64,000 bases of DNA from an uncultured Actinomycetota bacterium. GTDB taxonomy: Bacteria > Actinomycetota > Actinomycetes > JAFAQI01. This document shows positions 1-9,558 of the stretch, in pieces (within the stretch, counting starts at the first letter, position 1; each line of letters starts with the position of its first letter). The stretch spans positions 1,821,427 to 1,885,426 of the forward strand of contig CAWBLI010000005.1 of assembly GCA_963789615.1 (NCBI GenBank). Reading direction: 5' to 3'. The translations under genes were made by a program, and so were the position numbers. The notes under the pieces were generated by a model that searched no databases, had not been told where the DNA came from, and was given only the letters and a program-made list of their open reading frames with translations.

Positions 1-1601
1 GACGCCGGCGACGCGACCGCGCTCGCAGAGCGGTTCGCCCACCCGCTGCAGTTCGGGACGGCCGGGCTGCGCGGCGCGCTCGGCGCCGGCCCGGCCCGGA
101 TGAACCGCGCGGTGGTACGCCGGACCACCGCCGGCGTGGCCAGCTGGGTGCTCGGCCGCGGCCCGGCGGCGGTCGCCGCCGGCGTCGTCGTCGGTCGGGA
201 CGCCCGGCACGGCTCCGCCACCGTTCGCCGCCGACGTGGCCGACGTACTGGCCTCGTTCGGGGTGGCCGTCCACGTGCTGTCGCGGCCGCTGCCGACGCC
301 GCTCACCGCGTTCGCCGTCCGCCGGCTCGGCGCGGCCGCCGGCGTCGTCGTCACGGCCAGCCACAACCCGGCGCCGGACAACGGCTACAAGGTGTACGCC
401 GGTGACGGCGCGCAGATCATCCCGCCGGACGACGCCGACATCGCGGCCGCCGCCGACGCCGGGACGCGCACCCCGCCGCGCCGGCACGACGGCCGGCGTG
501 GTCACGGATGTGACGACGAGGTGCTCGCGGCGTACCGGAGCGCCGTGCTCGGGCTGCTCGATCCGGACGGGCCGCGCGACCTGCGCGTCGTCTACACCCC
601 GATGCACGGCGTCGGCGGCGCCGTCCTGCCCGGGCTGCTGGCCGCCGCCGGCTTCGACCCGCCGCACATCGTCGCCGAGCAGGCCGACCCGGACCCCGAC
701 TTCCCGACCCTGCCGTTCCCGAACCCCGAGGAGCCGGGTGCGCTCGACCTCGCCGTGGCCGCGGCGGCACAGGTCGGCGCCGACGTCGTGCTCGCGAACG
801 ACCCGGACGCCGACCGGCTCGCGGTCGCCGTGCCCGACCGCGACGGGACGTGGCGGTCCTTCACCGGCGACGAGCTGGGGATCCTGCTGGCCGAGGAGTG
901 CCTGCGGGTCACCAGCCGGCGCCGACCGGCTGGTCGCGACCACGGTGGTGTCGTCGTCGATGCTGTCGGCGCTAGCGGCCGAGGCGGGCGTCGCCTACGT
1001 GGAGACGCTCACCGGCTTCAAGTGGATCGCGCGGGCGGCGCTGCGGCGACCCGGCCACCGGCTGGTGTTCGGCTACGAAGAGGCGCTCGGCTACACGATC
1101 GGCGACGTCGTCGCCGACAAGGACGGGATGAGCGCCGCGCTGGTCGTCGCCGCGATGGCGGCGCGTGATCGCGCCGCCGACGGCCGCAGCCTGCTCGACC
1201 GGCTCGACGCGCTCTCCGCCCGGCTCGGCGTGCACCTCACCGACCAGTGGTCGCTGCGCGCCGGCGGCCCGGACGGGATGGCTGCGCTCGCGGCCGTCGT
1301 CGACCGGTGGCGCAGCGACCCCCCCGATCGAGCTCGGCGGGCTGGCGGTGACGCGAGGTGGTCGACCTCGCCGCCGGCAGTCGACGAGCTGCCGCCGACC
1401 GACGCTCTGGTGTTCCATCTGGGCAGCCATGGCCGGGTCGTGCTGCGCCCGAGCGGCACCGAGCCGAAGCTCAAGGCCTACCTCGAGGTCACCACCGAGC
1501 CGCCCGGCCTCGACGGGCTCGCGGCCGCCCGCGAGGTGGCGGCACGACGGCTGGTCGCGCTGCGGGTCGACGTCGGCGCCCGCTGCGCGCTGCCGGGCTG
1601 A
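1..1601 (+). pseudogene. phosphomannomutase/phosphoglucomutase-family phosphohexomutase; 5' end outside window, frame broken about 5 times
   Basis: Three frames together read as one enzyme. Frame 1 gives 'FGTAGLRGALGAGPARMNRAVV'. Frame 2 (ORF 236..1168) gives the active-site 'TASHNPAPDNGYKVY'. Frame 0 (ORF 402..1601) gives 'TLTGFKWIARAA..GYEEALGY..RPSGTEPKLKAYLEV'. Switches lie near 223, 915, 1322 (C7 run), 1357 and 1380. Confidence 0.85.
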
Positions 1602-1617
1602 GCGACCGGCTCAGCCC
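1595..1617. terminator. candidate bidirectional hairpin between convergent genes
   Basis: 'gggctgagc' (1595-1603) pairs with 'gctcagccc' (1609-1617) around a 5-nt loop. The arms contain both convergent stop codons (TGA 1599-1601 and tca 1611-1613). There is no clear U-tract. Confidence 0.4.
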
Positions 1618-2643
1618 TTCGCCGCGACCCGGGCGTTCACGGTCGGGATCACGCTGTCGCCGTACGCGCGCAACGTGGCGTCCTTGGCGTCGTGCTGCAG
1701 GTAGAGCGCGAACTGGTCGACGCCCAGGTCGCGCAGCTGCTCGAGCCGTTCGGCCTGCGCGGAGAGCGGGCCAAGCAGGCAGAACCGGTCGATGACCTCG
1801 TCCGGCACGAAGTCGGTGTGGGTGTTGCCCGCCTTGCCGTGCTGGTTGTAGTCGTAGCCCTGGCGGCCGGCGATGTAGTCGGAGAGCGCCTTCGGGATCG
1901 CGGCGCCCTCTGCGCCGTACCGTCGCGACGATGTCGGCGACGTGGTTCCCGACCATGCCGCCGAACCACCGGCACTGGTCGCGGGCATGCTCGAGCCCCG
2001 CCGCGGATCCGTCGGTGACGTACGCCGGAGCCGCCACGCAGATCGTGATCGTCGCCGGGTCCCGGCCGGCGTCCGCGGCGGCCTGTCGCACCGCCGCGAT
2101 CGACCAGGCGGTGATGTCGGGGTCGGCCAGCTGCAGGATGAACCCGTCGCCCAGTTCGCCAGCCAGGGCAAGGGCTTTCGGCCCGTACGCCGCCACCCAG
2201 ATGGGCAGCCGGGACTCGCTGCCCCACGGGAACCGCAGCTGACTGCCCTTGTGGGTCGCCGACTCACCGTTGGCGAGCGCCCGGATCACCGCGATCGACT
2301 CGCGCAGCGTCGCAAGGGTTACCGGAGCGCCGTTGATGACCCGGACCGCCGAGTCGCCGCGGCCGATGCCGCAGACCGTCCGGTTGCCGAACATGTCGTT
2401 CAACGTCGCGAACAGCGACGCGGTCACGGTCCAGTCGCGGGTCGCCGGGTTGGTGACCATCGGGCCGACCGTCACCCGGTGAGTGGCGGACAGGATCTGG
2501 CTGTAGATGACGAACGGCTCCTGCCACAGCAGGTGCGAGTCGAACGTCCAGACGTAGCTGAAGCCGAGCTGCTCGGCCTGCCGAGCGAGCTCGACGACGC
2601 GCCAGGCCGGCGGGTCGGTCTGCAGCACGACACCGAAGTCCAT
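1611..2643 (-). pseudogene. luciferase-like (LLM class) flavin/F420-dependent oxidoreductase, one frame switch
   Basis: ORF 1489..2643 starts 'MDFGVVLQTDPPAWRVVELARQAEQLGFSYVWTFDSHLLWQEP...GNHVADIV'. It continues after a switch near 1925 in the tail of ORF 1611..2267: '..RYGAEGAAIPKALSDYIAGRQGYDYNQHGK..FCLLGP..LYLQHDAKDATLRAYG*'. Confidence 0.85.
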
Positions 2644-2646
2644 CGG

Positions 2647-4068
2647 CTAGACCAGGTTCTGCGAGAGGCCACGCTTCACGAACTGGCCATGGCCCTTGTC
2701 GCCGACGTACCCGTTGCCGTCGACGATCACCCGGCCGCGGGACATGACCACGTCGACGTGACCGTCGATCTCGTAGCCCTCCCAGGCCGAGTAGTCCATG
2801 TTCATGTGGTGGCTGCGTCCCTCGCCGATGCCGATGCTGGTGTGACCGGACGGGTCGTAGACGACGATGTCGGCGTCGGCACCCGGCGCGATGACACCCT
2901 TCTTGCCGTACAGCCCGAACATCCGAGCAGGTGTGGTGCAGCAGACGTCGACCCAGCGTTCCAGCGAGATGCGGCCGTCGACGACGCCTTGGTAGAGCAG
3001 GTCGATCCGATGCTCGACCGAGCCGATCCCGTTGGGAATCTTCGCGAAGTTGCCGATCCCCAGCTCCTTCTGGTCCTTCATGCAGAACGGGCAGTGGTCG
3101 GTCGAGACGGTTGTGACGTCGCCGGTCCGGATGTAGCGCCACAGCTCGTCCTGGTGACCCTCAGCGCGGGAGCGCAGCGGCGTCGAGCAGACCCACTTGG
3201 CTCCCTCGAACCCGGGCGCGCCGAGGTTCTCCTCGAGCGAGAGGTAGAGGTACTGCGGGCAGGTCTCACCGAAGACGTTCTGCCCGGCGTTACGGGCCTC
3301 AGCGATCCGGGCCAGCGCCTGCTTCGCCGAGACGTGGACGACGTAGAGCGGCGCCCCGGTCAGGTCCGCCAGCATGACGGCGCGGTGGGTGGCCTCCTGC
3401 TCGGTCTGCCACGGCCGGGTCACACCGTGGAAGTACGGCGCGGTGTCGCCGCGGGCCAGCGCCTGCTGCACCAGCACGTCGATCGCCGAGCCGTTCTCCG
3501 CGTGCATCATGATCAGCCCGCCGTTGCCGGCCGCCGCCTGCATCGCCCGGACGATCTGGCCGTCGTCGGAGAGGAACACGCCCGGGTAGGCCATAAACAG
3601 CTTGAAGCTCGTGACGCCCTCGTCGATCAGCGCGTCCATCGCCTTGAGCGAGTCGTCGTTGACGTCACCGATGATCTGGTGGAAGGCATAGTCGATCGCG
3701 CAGTTCCCGCCTGCCTTCTCGTGCCAGAGCTCGAGCTGGTCGAGCACCCGCTGGCCCTGCGCCTGCACGACGAAGTCGACGATCGTCGTCGTACCTCCCC
3801 AGGCCGCCGCCCGGGTCCCGGTCTCGAAGGTGTCAGAGGCGAACGTCCCGCCGAACGGCATCTCCATGTGGGTGTGCCCGTCGACACCGCCCGGGATGAC
3901 GTACTTGCCGCTGGCGTCGATCACCTGGTCGGCCGACGCCGCGATGTCACCGAGTGCGGTCGCGCCCGGCGCGAGGACGGCGACGATCTGCTCGCCGTCG
4001 ACGAGCACGTCCTGTGCCGACGAGCCGGTGGAGCTGACGACGGTGCCGCCTTTGATCAGCGTGGTCAC
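2647..4068 (-). CDS. hydA: dihydropyrimidinase / D-hydantoinase (cyclic amidohydrolase)
   Basis: Intact 473-aa ORF. It carries the metal-binding 'GGVDGHTHMEMPFGGT' motif, and the cyclic-amidohydrolase pattern holds over the full length. The GTG start overlaps the stop of the upstream gene (GTGA at 4065-4068). Confidence 0.93.
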   Translation of the reverse strand: MTTLIKGGTVVSSTGSSAQDVLVDGEQIVAVLAPGATALGDIAASADQVIDASGKYVIPGGVDGHTHMEMPFGGTFASDTFETGTRAAAWGGTTTIVDFVVQAQGQRVLDQLELWHEKAGGNCAIDYAFHQIIGDVNDDSLKAMDALIDEGVTSFKLFMAYPGVFLSDDGQIVRAMQAAAGNGGLIMMHAENGSAIDVLVQQALARGDTAPYFHGVTRPWQTEQEATHRAVMLADLTGAPLYVVHVSAKQALARIAEARNAGQNVFGETCPQYLYLSLEENLGAPGFEGAKWVCSTPLRSRAEGHQDELWRYIRTGDVTTVSTDHCPFCMKDQKELGIGNFAKIPNGIGSVEHRIDLLYQGVVDGRISLERWVDVCCTTPARMFGLYGKKGVIAPGADADIVVYDPSGHTSIGIGEGRSHHMNMDYSAWEGYEIDGHVDVVMSRGRVIVDGNGYVGDKGHGQFVKRGLSQNLV

Positions 4069-4917
4069 GGCCGGGCGATCTTCACGTAGGAGTCGGGCCG
4101 GCGGTCGCGGTAGAACTGCCAGTCGTTGCGGGTGCTTGGTGATCTCGTCGAAGTCGAGGTCGCGGGTGACGATCTCTTCCTTGTCGGTCGAGGCGACGTC
4201 GCCGACGTAGTTGCCGCGCGGGTCGACGAAGTAGCTCGACCCGTAGAACTCGACCGCCTCGTCGCCGAACTCCTCGGACTCCTTGCCGATCCGGTTGTTG
4301 GCGGCGACGAAGTACTGGTTGGCGGCGGCCGCGGCCGGCTGCTCGAGCTCCCAGAGCCGGTTGGACAGGCCCGGGCTTGGTCGCCGAGGGGTTGAAGACC
4401 AGCTGGGCGTTGTTGAGGCCGAGCTCGCGCCAGCCCTCCGGGAAGTGCCGGTCGTAACAGATGTAGACGCCGACTCGCCCTACCGCGGTGTTGGAAGACC
4501 GGATAGCCGAGCGTTGCCGGGCCGGAAGTAGAACTTCTCCCAGAACTGCGGCAGGTGCGGCAGGTGGTGCTTGCGGTACTTGCCGAGCAGGCTGCCGTCG
4601 GCATCGATCACCGCGGCGGTGTTGTAGTACTCGCCCTCGTTCTCGACCTCGTAGATCGGCAGGATGATGACCATCCCGAGCTCTTTCGCCACCGCCTGGA
4701 ACCGCTCGACCGTCGGGCCCGGGATGGACTCGACGTACGAGTAGTACTTCTGGTCCTGCACGATCCCGAAGTACGGACCGTAGAAGAGCTCCTGAAATCC
4801 GATGACCTGGACGCCGTCCGCTGCCGCGTCTCGCGTCAGCTGCTCGTGGCGGTCGATCATCGACTCCTTGTCCCCGGTCCAGGCAACCTGCGTGATGGCG
4901 GCGCGAATGACGGTCAT
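4065..4917 (-). pseudogene. CN-hydrolase (nitrilase superfamily) N-carbamoyl-amino-acid / beta-ureidopropionase-type amidohydrolase, about 4 frame switches
   Basis: The N-terminus is in ORF 4480..4917 ('MTVIRAAITQVAWTGDKE..IGFQELFYGPYF..KYRKHHLPHLPQFWEKFYFRPGN'). Then 'LGYPVF', then 'AVGRVGVYICYDRHFPEGWRELGLNNAQLVFNPSATKPG', then 'LSNRLWELEQPAAAAANQYFVAANNRIGKE..', and finally 'RNDWQFYRDRRPDSYVKIARP*', each in a different frame. Switches lie near 4512, 4488, 4370 and 4131. Confidence 0.8.
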
Positions 4918-4963
4918 GTCCGCATCCTCTGCGCCCGGCTAGTAGGCGTCAATCCACTCAACC

Positions 4964-5006
4964 TGTCAGGACGCTCGGCCCAAACCCGCGCTCGAGCGTC
5001 CTGACA
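4964..5006 (-). terminator. perfect 14-bp inverted repeat; terminator after the epimerase gene or an operator for the downstream operon
   Basis: 'tgtcaggacgctcg' (4964-4977) and 'cgagcgtcctgaca' (4993-5006) flank a 15-nt spacer. The repeat lies between the epimerase stop (5011) and the CN-hydrolase start (4917). Confidence 0.4.
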
Positions 5007-5010
5007 AGTG

Positions 5011-5994
5011 TTAGCGAGTGGTGTAGATGCCGGTCGATTCCTGGTGGTAGCCCTTGGCGCCGATGGTGTGCGTCAGCTCGCTGCGTGGGTCGTCGCCGGC
5101 AGCGAGCCGGTCGAGCGCGAGTCGGAAGTCGTAGCGCGGCGTCCATCCCAGGTCACGACGGGCCCGGTCGTTGACGTAGACCCGGTCGATGCGGGGGCTC
5201 ATCGTCCAGCCGCGCGGCTCGTAGACCTCTTGATAGTCGGGGAACAACGCCTTGACGACGGAAGGCGCGTCGTCCCGCAGCTCGCTCAGGTGTTCCTCGG
5301 TGAACGGGCTCGTGGCGCTGATGATGTAGCGCCCGAAGCCGATCTCGGGGGCGCGCATCAGGGCCAGCCCGTGGGCGGTCACGACGTCGTACAGGTCGAC
5401 GCGTCGGTAGAGCAGCTCGTTGACCTTGAGGTTGAGGTCGTCGTACCCGGCTCGGGAGGCCCCGTTGTCGTCGGCTTCGGGAAAGAACCGGGAGGTACGC
5501 AGGACGACGCACGGGAGTCCGCGGTCGGTGGCGACCAGCTCGCAGACGTCCTCCGCGGCCACCTTGGTCACGCCGTAGATGTTCTTGGGGACCGGCGTCA
5601 CGTCCTCGGTGATCCAGGCCGCCGGCGCACCGTGCGGCGGGACCAGCGCCCGGCCGAACGCGCTCGTCGTCGACGTGAACACGAACCGGGACGCGCCCAG
5701 GTCGGCTGCGGCCTCGAGCAGGTGCAGCGTGCCCGACACGTTCGCGTCGATGAAGGCCTGCCGGGTGTGGGTGCCGACGTGCGGCTTGTGCAGCGTCGCG
5801 GTGTGCAGGACGGCATCGATGCCCCGCAGGCTGCGCCGGACGAAGTCACGATCGGCGATCGAGCCGACCAGGGTCGTGTACGGCGACGGCGACGACATCG
5901 AGACCGACCACGTCGTCGCCGGCGAGTCCGCGCCGAGGACACGCATCAAGGCCTCGCCCAGATGCCCCGAGCTGCCGGTGACCAGCACCCTCAT
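5011..5994 (-). CDS. NAD-dependent epimerase/dehydratase family protein
   Basis: Intact 327-aa ORF with the N-terminal Rossmann motif 'MRVLVTGSSGHLGEAL'. The SDR-extended pattern includes 'YGVTKVAAE' (YxxxK). Confidence 0.9.
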   Translation of the reverse strand: MRVLVTGSSGHLGEALMRVLGADSPATTWSVSMSSPSPYTTLVGSIADRDFVRRSLRGIDAVLHTATLHKPHVGTHTRQAFIDANVSGTLHLLEAAADLGASRFVFTSTTSAFGRALVPPHGAPAAWITEDVTPVPKNIYGVTKVAAEDVCELVATDRGLPCVVLRTSRFFPEADDNGASRAGYDDLNLKVNELLYRRVDLYDVVTAHGLALMRAPEIGFGRYIISATSPFTEEHLSELRDDAPSVVKALFPDYQEVYEPRGWTMSPRIDRVYVNDRARRDLGWTPRYDFRLALDRLAAGDDPRSELTHTIGAKGYHQESTGIYTTR

Positions 5995-6044
5995 GACCGA
6001 CCGACGAACATGACGCTATTGACGCACTAGCGCGGCTCTTCGGG

Positions 6045-7180
6045 TCAGTGGGTCAGGGTGACCTTCGACAAGCCACGCGGGCGGTCGACGTCGAGCCCGG
6101 CGAGCCGACCGAGCTGCAGCGCCGCGCACTGCCCGTACCCGACGACCAGCGCGTCGAAGAGCCAGGCGGGCAGGCCGCTCGGGGATCGCGAGGAACTCCG
6201 GCTGCGCGCGGTACAGCGGGGCCGACGCCACGACACCGGTCGTGACACCGGCGGCGCGCAACTGCGCGCAGAACGCCCGCCAGTAGGTCGAGCGGGTAGC
6301 TCGGCGAGGCCACCACGCAGACGAACGACGACGCGCCCGAGTGCTGCGACCGGGCCGTGCAGCAGGTCGGGTACGGCGAAGGCCTCGGTCCGGCTCAGCG
6401 CGACCTCGCGGATCTTGAGAGCTGCCTCGGCGGCACTGGCCGCCCCGGTGCCCCGACCGACCACCGTGAGCGCCGGGCAGGATCACCGGTGATCGCTGAT
6501 CGGCGGGCGAACCAGCGGGTGAAGTCGTCAGCACGCCGGGCTGGTCCAGCGACGCGCGATGGTCTCGGCGAGCAGGCCGGGAGACCGGTCGAGCCCGGCT
6601 GCAGGTCGGCGGCGCCGGCCGCGATCGCGATCTGGACCAACGCCTGGACGGTCGCGGTGTAGGTCTTGGTGGCGGCGACGCTGAGCTCCGGCCCGGCGAG
6701 CAGCGGGACGACGACGTCGGCAGCAGCGGTCACCGGAGAGGTCACATCGTTGGTCACCGCAATGGTGGGTCGGCCTTGGGCACGTGCGGACTCGAGGACC
6801 GCCACGATGTCCGGCGACTGGCCCGACTGGGAGATCGCCATCACCGCGGCGCCATCGAGCCGGGGACCGTTGCCTCGGCACGAACAGCGACGTGCCGCCA
6901 GATGGACGGACAGGCCGAGCTCCGCACCGTAACAGGTACTGCGCGTAACGGGCGGCGTTGGCCGACGAGCCGCGCGCAGCGATCACCAGATGGGTGACAC
7001 CGGCAGCGGCGCAGCCGCCGCCCGCCAGTGCCACGGCTGCGCTGCGGGCGGGAGCCGCTGCGGCCAGGACGCTGGGCTGCTCACGGATCTCGGCCTCGAG
7101 CCGGCTCGGCCGCGACTGGGTGCGGGAACCGCGGCTGCCAAGGACTCAGGGCTGAGCCCGTCAGGGCTCGGTGCGGGCAT
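6045..7180 (-). pseudogene. double-SIS-domain sugar-phosphate isomerase/deglycase-like protein (GlmS C-terminal / FrlB / AgaS type), at least 4 frame switches
   Basis: Pieces lie in three frames: 'SRPSRLEAEIREQPSVLAAAAPA', 'THLVIAARGSSANAARYAQYLL' (ORF 6528..7034), 'AISQSGQSPDIVAVLESARAQGRPTIAVTNDVTSPVTAAADVVVPLLAGPELSVAATKTYTATVQAL' (ORF 6395..6844), and 'GRGTGAASAAEAALKIREVALSRTEAFAVPDLLHGP' plus 'LPAWLFDALVVGYGQCAALQLGRLAGLDVDRPRGLSKVTLTH*' (ORF 6045..6464). Confidence 0.8.
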
Positions 7181-7264
7181 GCTGCTTCCTCGGCTGGGGC
7201 GTTGACATCTCCTCTTTCGTAGAGGGAGCATACAGATAATAATGAGTAGGAGGAGTCGGGGAGA

Positions 7265-8622
7265 ATGACGTTCGAGGATCGGTATCGGGAGATGACCCCG
7301 ACGTCAGCGCGCACTGTTCGAGCAGGCCAGTGTGACCATCCCCGCCGGCGCCGGCAGCAGCGCCCGCACGGTGGGCTTCGGCTGGTCGCCGTACCCGCCA
7401 TTCATGGCCGAAGGCTCCGGCTCACGGATCCGCGACGTCGATGGCAACGAGTACATCGACTACCTGCTCGGTCTCGGCCCGATGATCCTCGGGCACCGCC
7501 ATCCGGTGGTGACGACGGCCGTGGCGGACGCGATCTCCGCCTACGGCACCTGCTTCGGGCTCCCCTACCCGCTGGAGATCGAAGCGGCCGAGAAGGTCGT
7601 CGACGCGGTTCCCGGCATCGAGCAGGTGCGCTTCACCAACTCCGGCAGCGAGGCGGTAGGGACCGCCGTGACGGCTCGCCCGGGCCACGACCGGTCGCCG
7701 GCTGGTCATCAGGTTCGAGGGTCACTACCACGGCTGGCAGGACAGCGTGTACTGGTCGAACCACGTCGACCCGGCGCTGGCCGGCCCGGCCGAGCACCCT
7801 CGACCGGTTGCGTCGGGTCCCGGGGTGCCGCTCGAGCTCGCGGACACATTGATCGTGCTGACCTGGAACGACCCGGACAGCTTCATCGAGGTGATGAACC
7901 AGCGGGGTCATGAGGTGGCGGCCGTCCTCACCGAGGCCGCGGTGTTCAACACCGGCTGCATCCTGCCCGAGCCCGGCTACCTCGAGCTGCTGCGCGAGCA
8001 GACCACGAAGCACGGCGCGATGCTCATCTTCGACGAGGTCATCACCGGCTTCCGGTTCTGCCGCGGCGGCGCGCAGGAGTGGTTCGGTGTCACGCCTGAC
8101 CTGACCACACTCGCCAAGGGACTCGGTGGCGGCTTCCCGGTCGCCGCGATCGGTGGCAGCCGGGACGCCATGGCCATGATCGCCGAGGGCCGCTACTCCC
8201 ACTCGGGCACCTACAACGCCAACGTCATCCAGTGCGCCGCGGTGTCGGCCACGATGGACGTCCTCGCCGAGCCGGGCCTGTACGAGCGGCAACGTGCGAT
8301 CGGCGACCGGCTCGCGGCCGGGCTGAGCAAGCTGGCCGCGGACGCCGGGATCGCCGCGTCGATCGAAGGGCTGGGCACCGTCTTCCAGCTGTGGTTCGCG
8401 AGCCAGCCGATCCACAACTGGCGTGACGCGGAGGCGTACGCCGACCACGCGATGTTCACCCGCTGGTACCAGGAGATGCTGACCCGTGGCGTGCTGTTCC
8501 ACCCGCTGCAGTTCGAGAACCTGTTCGTCTCGCTGGTCCACACCGACGAGGACGTGGATCGGACACTCGACGCTGCCGCTGGTGCGTTCGACGTGCTCTG
8601 CGCTGAACCGGCAGTACGTTAA
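7265..8622 (+). pseudogene. class-III (GSA-aminomutase-like) PLP aminotransferase, 2 frame switches
   Basis: 'MTFEDRYREMTPTS' (frame 2) is followed by 'RALFEQASVTIPAGAGSS..IRDVDGNEYIDYLLGLGPMILGH..FTNSGSEAVGTAV' (ORF 7332..). Deleting the single base at about 7671 then restores 'RLARATTGRRLVIRFEGHYHGWQD..IFDEVITGFR..' through the stop at 8622 (ORF 7747..8622). Confidence 0.87.
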
Positions 8623-8665
8623 CCTCTCGACGCTTCCACCCGCCCGGATGTCTGACCGCTGAAGG

Positions 8666-9558
8666 GTGTCAAGGACGGAGGACGAGCCGACGACGACCAT
8701 CTCGCTCGGGGGTGAGCTGCCTCGACGACCAGGTCGGGCGCGGCCCGGCCGTCGCCGACTGCTGTACGAGGTTGCGATCGACCAGGTCGAGCAGCTCATC
8801 GTCGAACGCGAGCCTGGAGCCAGGCGACAAGCTCCCGAGCCAGGACGAGCTCTCGGAACTCACCGGAGTCAGCCTGATCACGGTGCGCCGAGCGCTCGAG
8901 GAGCTCGAGCGGGACGGCGTGCTCCGCCGCCACCAAGGGCTCGGCACCTTCCTGTCTGGTCCGAAGATCATGAGCGACCCGAGCCACACCGGCGGTCTCG
9001 GCAACACCCTCGGTGGCAGCACGGACTCATCCCGGGTCGGGACCAAGGTGCTGGAGGTCAGCCGCTGCCGTCCGTCGGAGGACCTCGCGACCGCCCTGCA
9101 CATCCATCCGGGCGAGCAGGTCTGGCGGGTGCACCGGCAGCGCTCGCTCGGCGACAAGCCGCTGATCGTGGAAACCGCCATGATCCCGGTGGCGCTCGCG
9201 CCCGACCTCGACCGGGCCTACAGCGCGGGCTCGCTCTACGAGACCCTCGCCACCCGATACGGCCTGGACGACGACTACGAGGAGCAGGTGCTCGACGTCA
9301 TCCATGCCACGTCCGACGTCACGGGCCTTGCTTCGCCTGAACCCGCGCGCACTCGTCGTGCGGATCCGCGGAATCACGCGCGACACGACGGGTACGCCGT
9401 TCGACGCGTTCGAGCAGGTGTACCCGGCATCGGAGTTCGCGTTCTCGATCGCGGGGAAGACCAACCGTCAGCTGCATCGAGGGGACATCGTGCAGGACTG
9501 GTCGGCGCTGCCCGGTCGACGCGAACCGCGCCGGTCGCGGGCCCGAGGCCGTGGGTGA
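8666..9558 (+). pseudogene. GntR/HutC-family transcriptional regulator (wHTH + UTRA), 2 frame switches
   Basis: 'LYEVAIDQVEQLIVERE' (ORF 8666..) is followed by 'LEPGDKLPSQDELSELTGVSLITVRRALEELERDGVLRRHQGLGTFL..VWRVHRQRSLGDKPLIVETAMIP' (ORF 8712..), then 'LLRLNPRALVVRIRGITRDTTGTPFDAFEQVYPASEFAFSI' (ORF 9304..9558). Switches lie near 8812 and 9320. Confidence 0.8.

Noticed and set aside
1942-4089. 715-aa plus-strand ORF spanning the LLM and hydantoinase loci
   Set aside because: It is antisense to two well-supported genes. Its composition is an R/G/D/P/A-rich, low-complexity 'shadow' of the kind typical of the opposite strand of high-GC genes. It has no recognisable motifs.
7202-7264. Promoter for the aminotransferase gene, starting from the perfect TTGACA at 7202-7207
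   Set aside because: No acceptable -10 hexamer lies 16-19 nt downstream (TAGAGG is at 12 nt, TACAGA at 23 nt). The AT-rich patch is probably regulatory, but I cannot define the elements.
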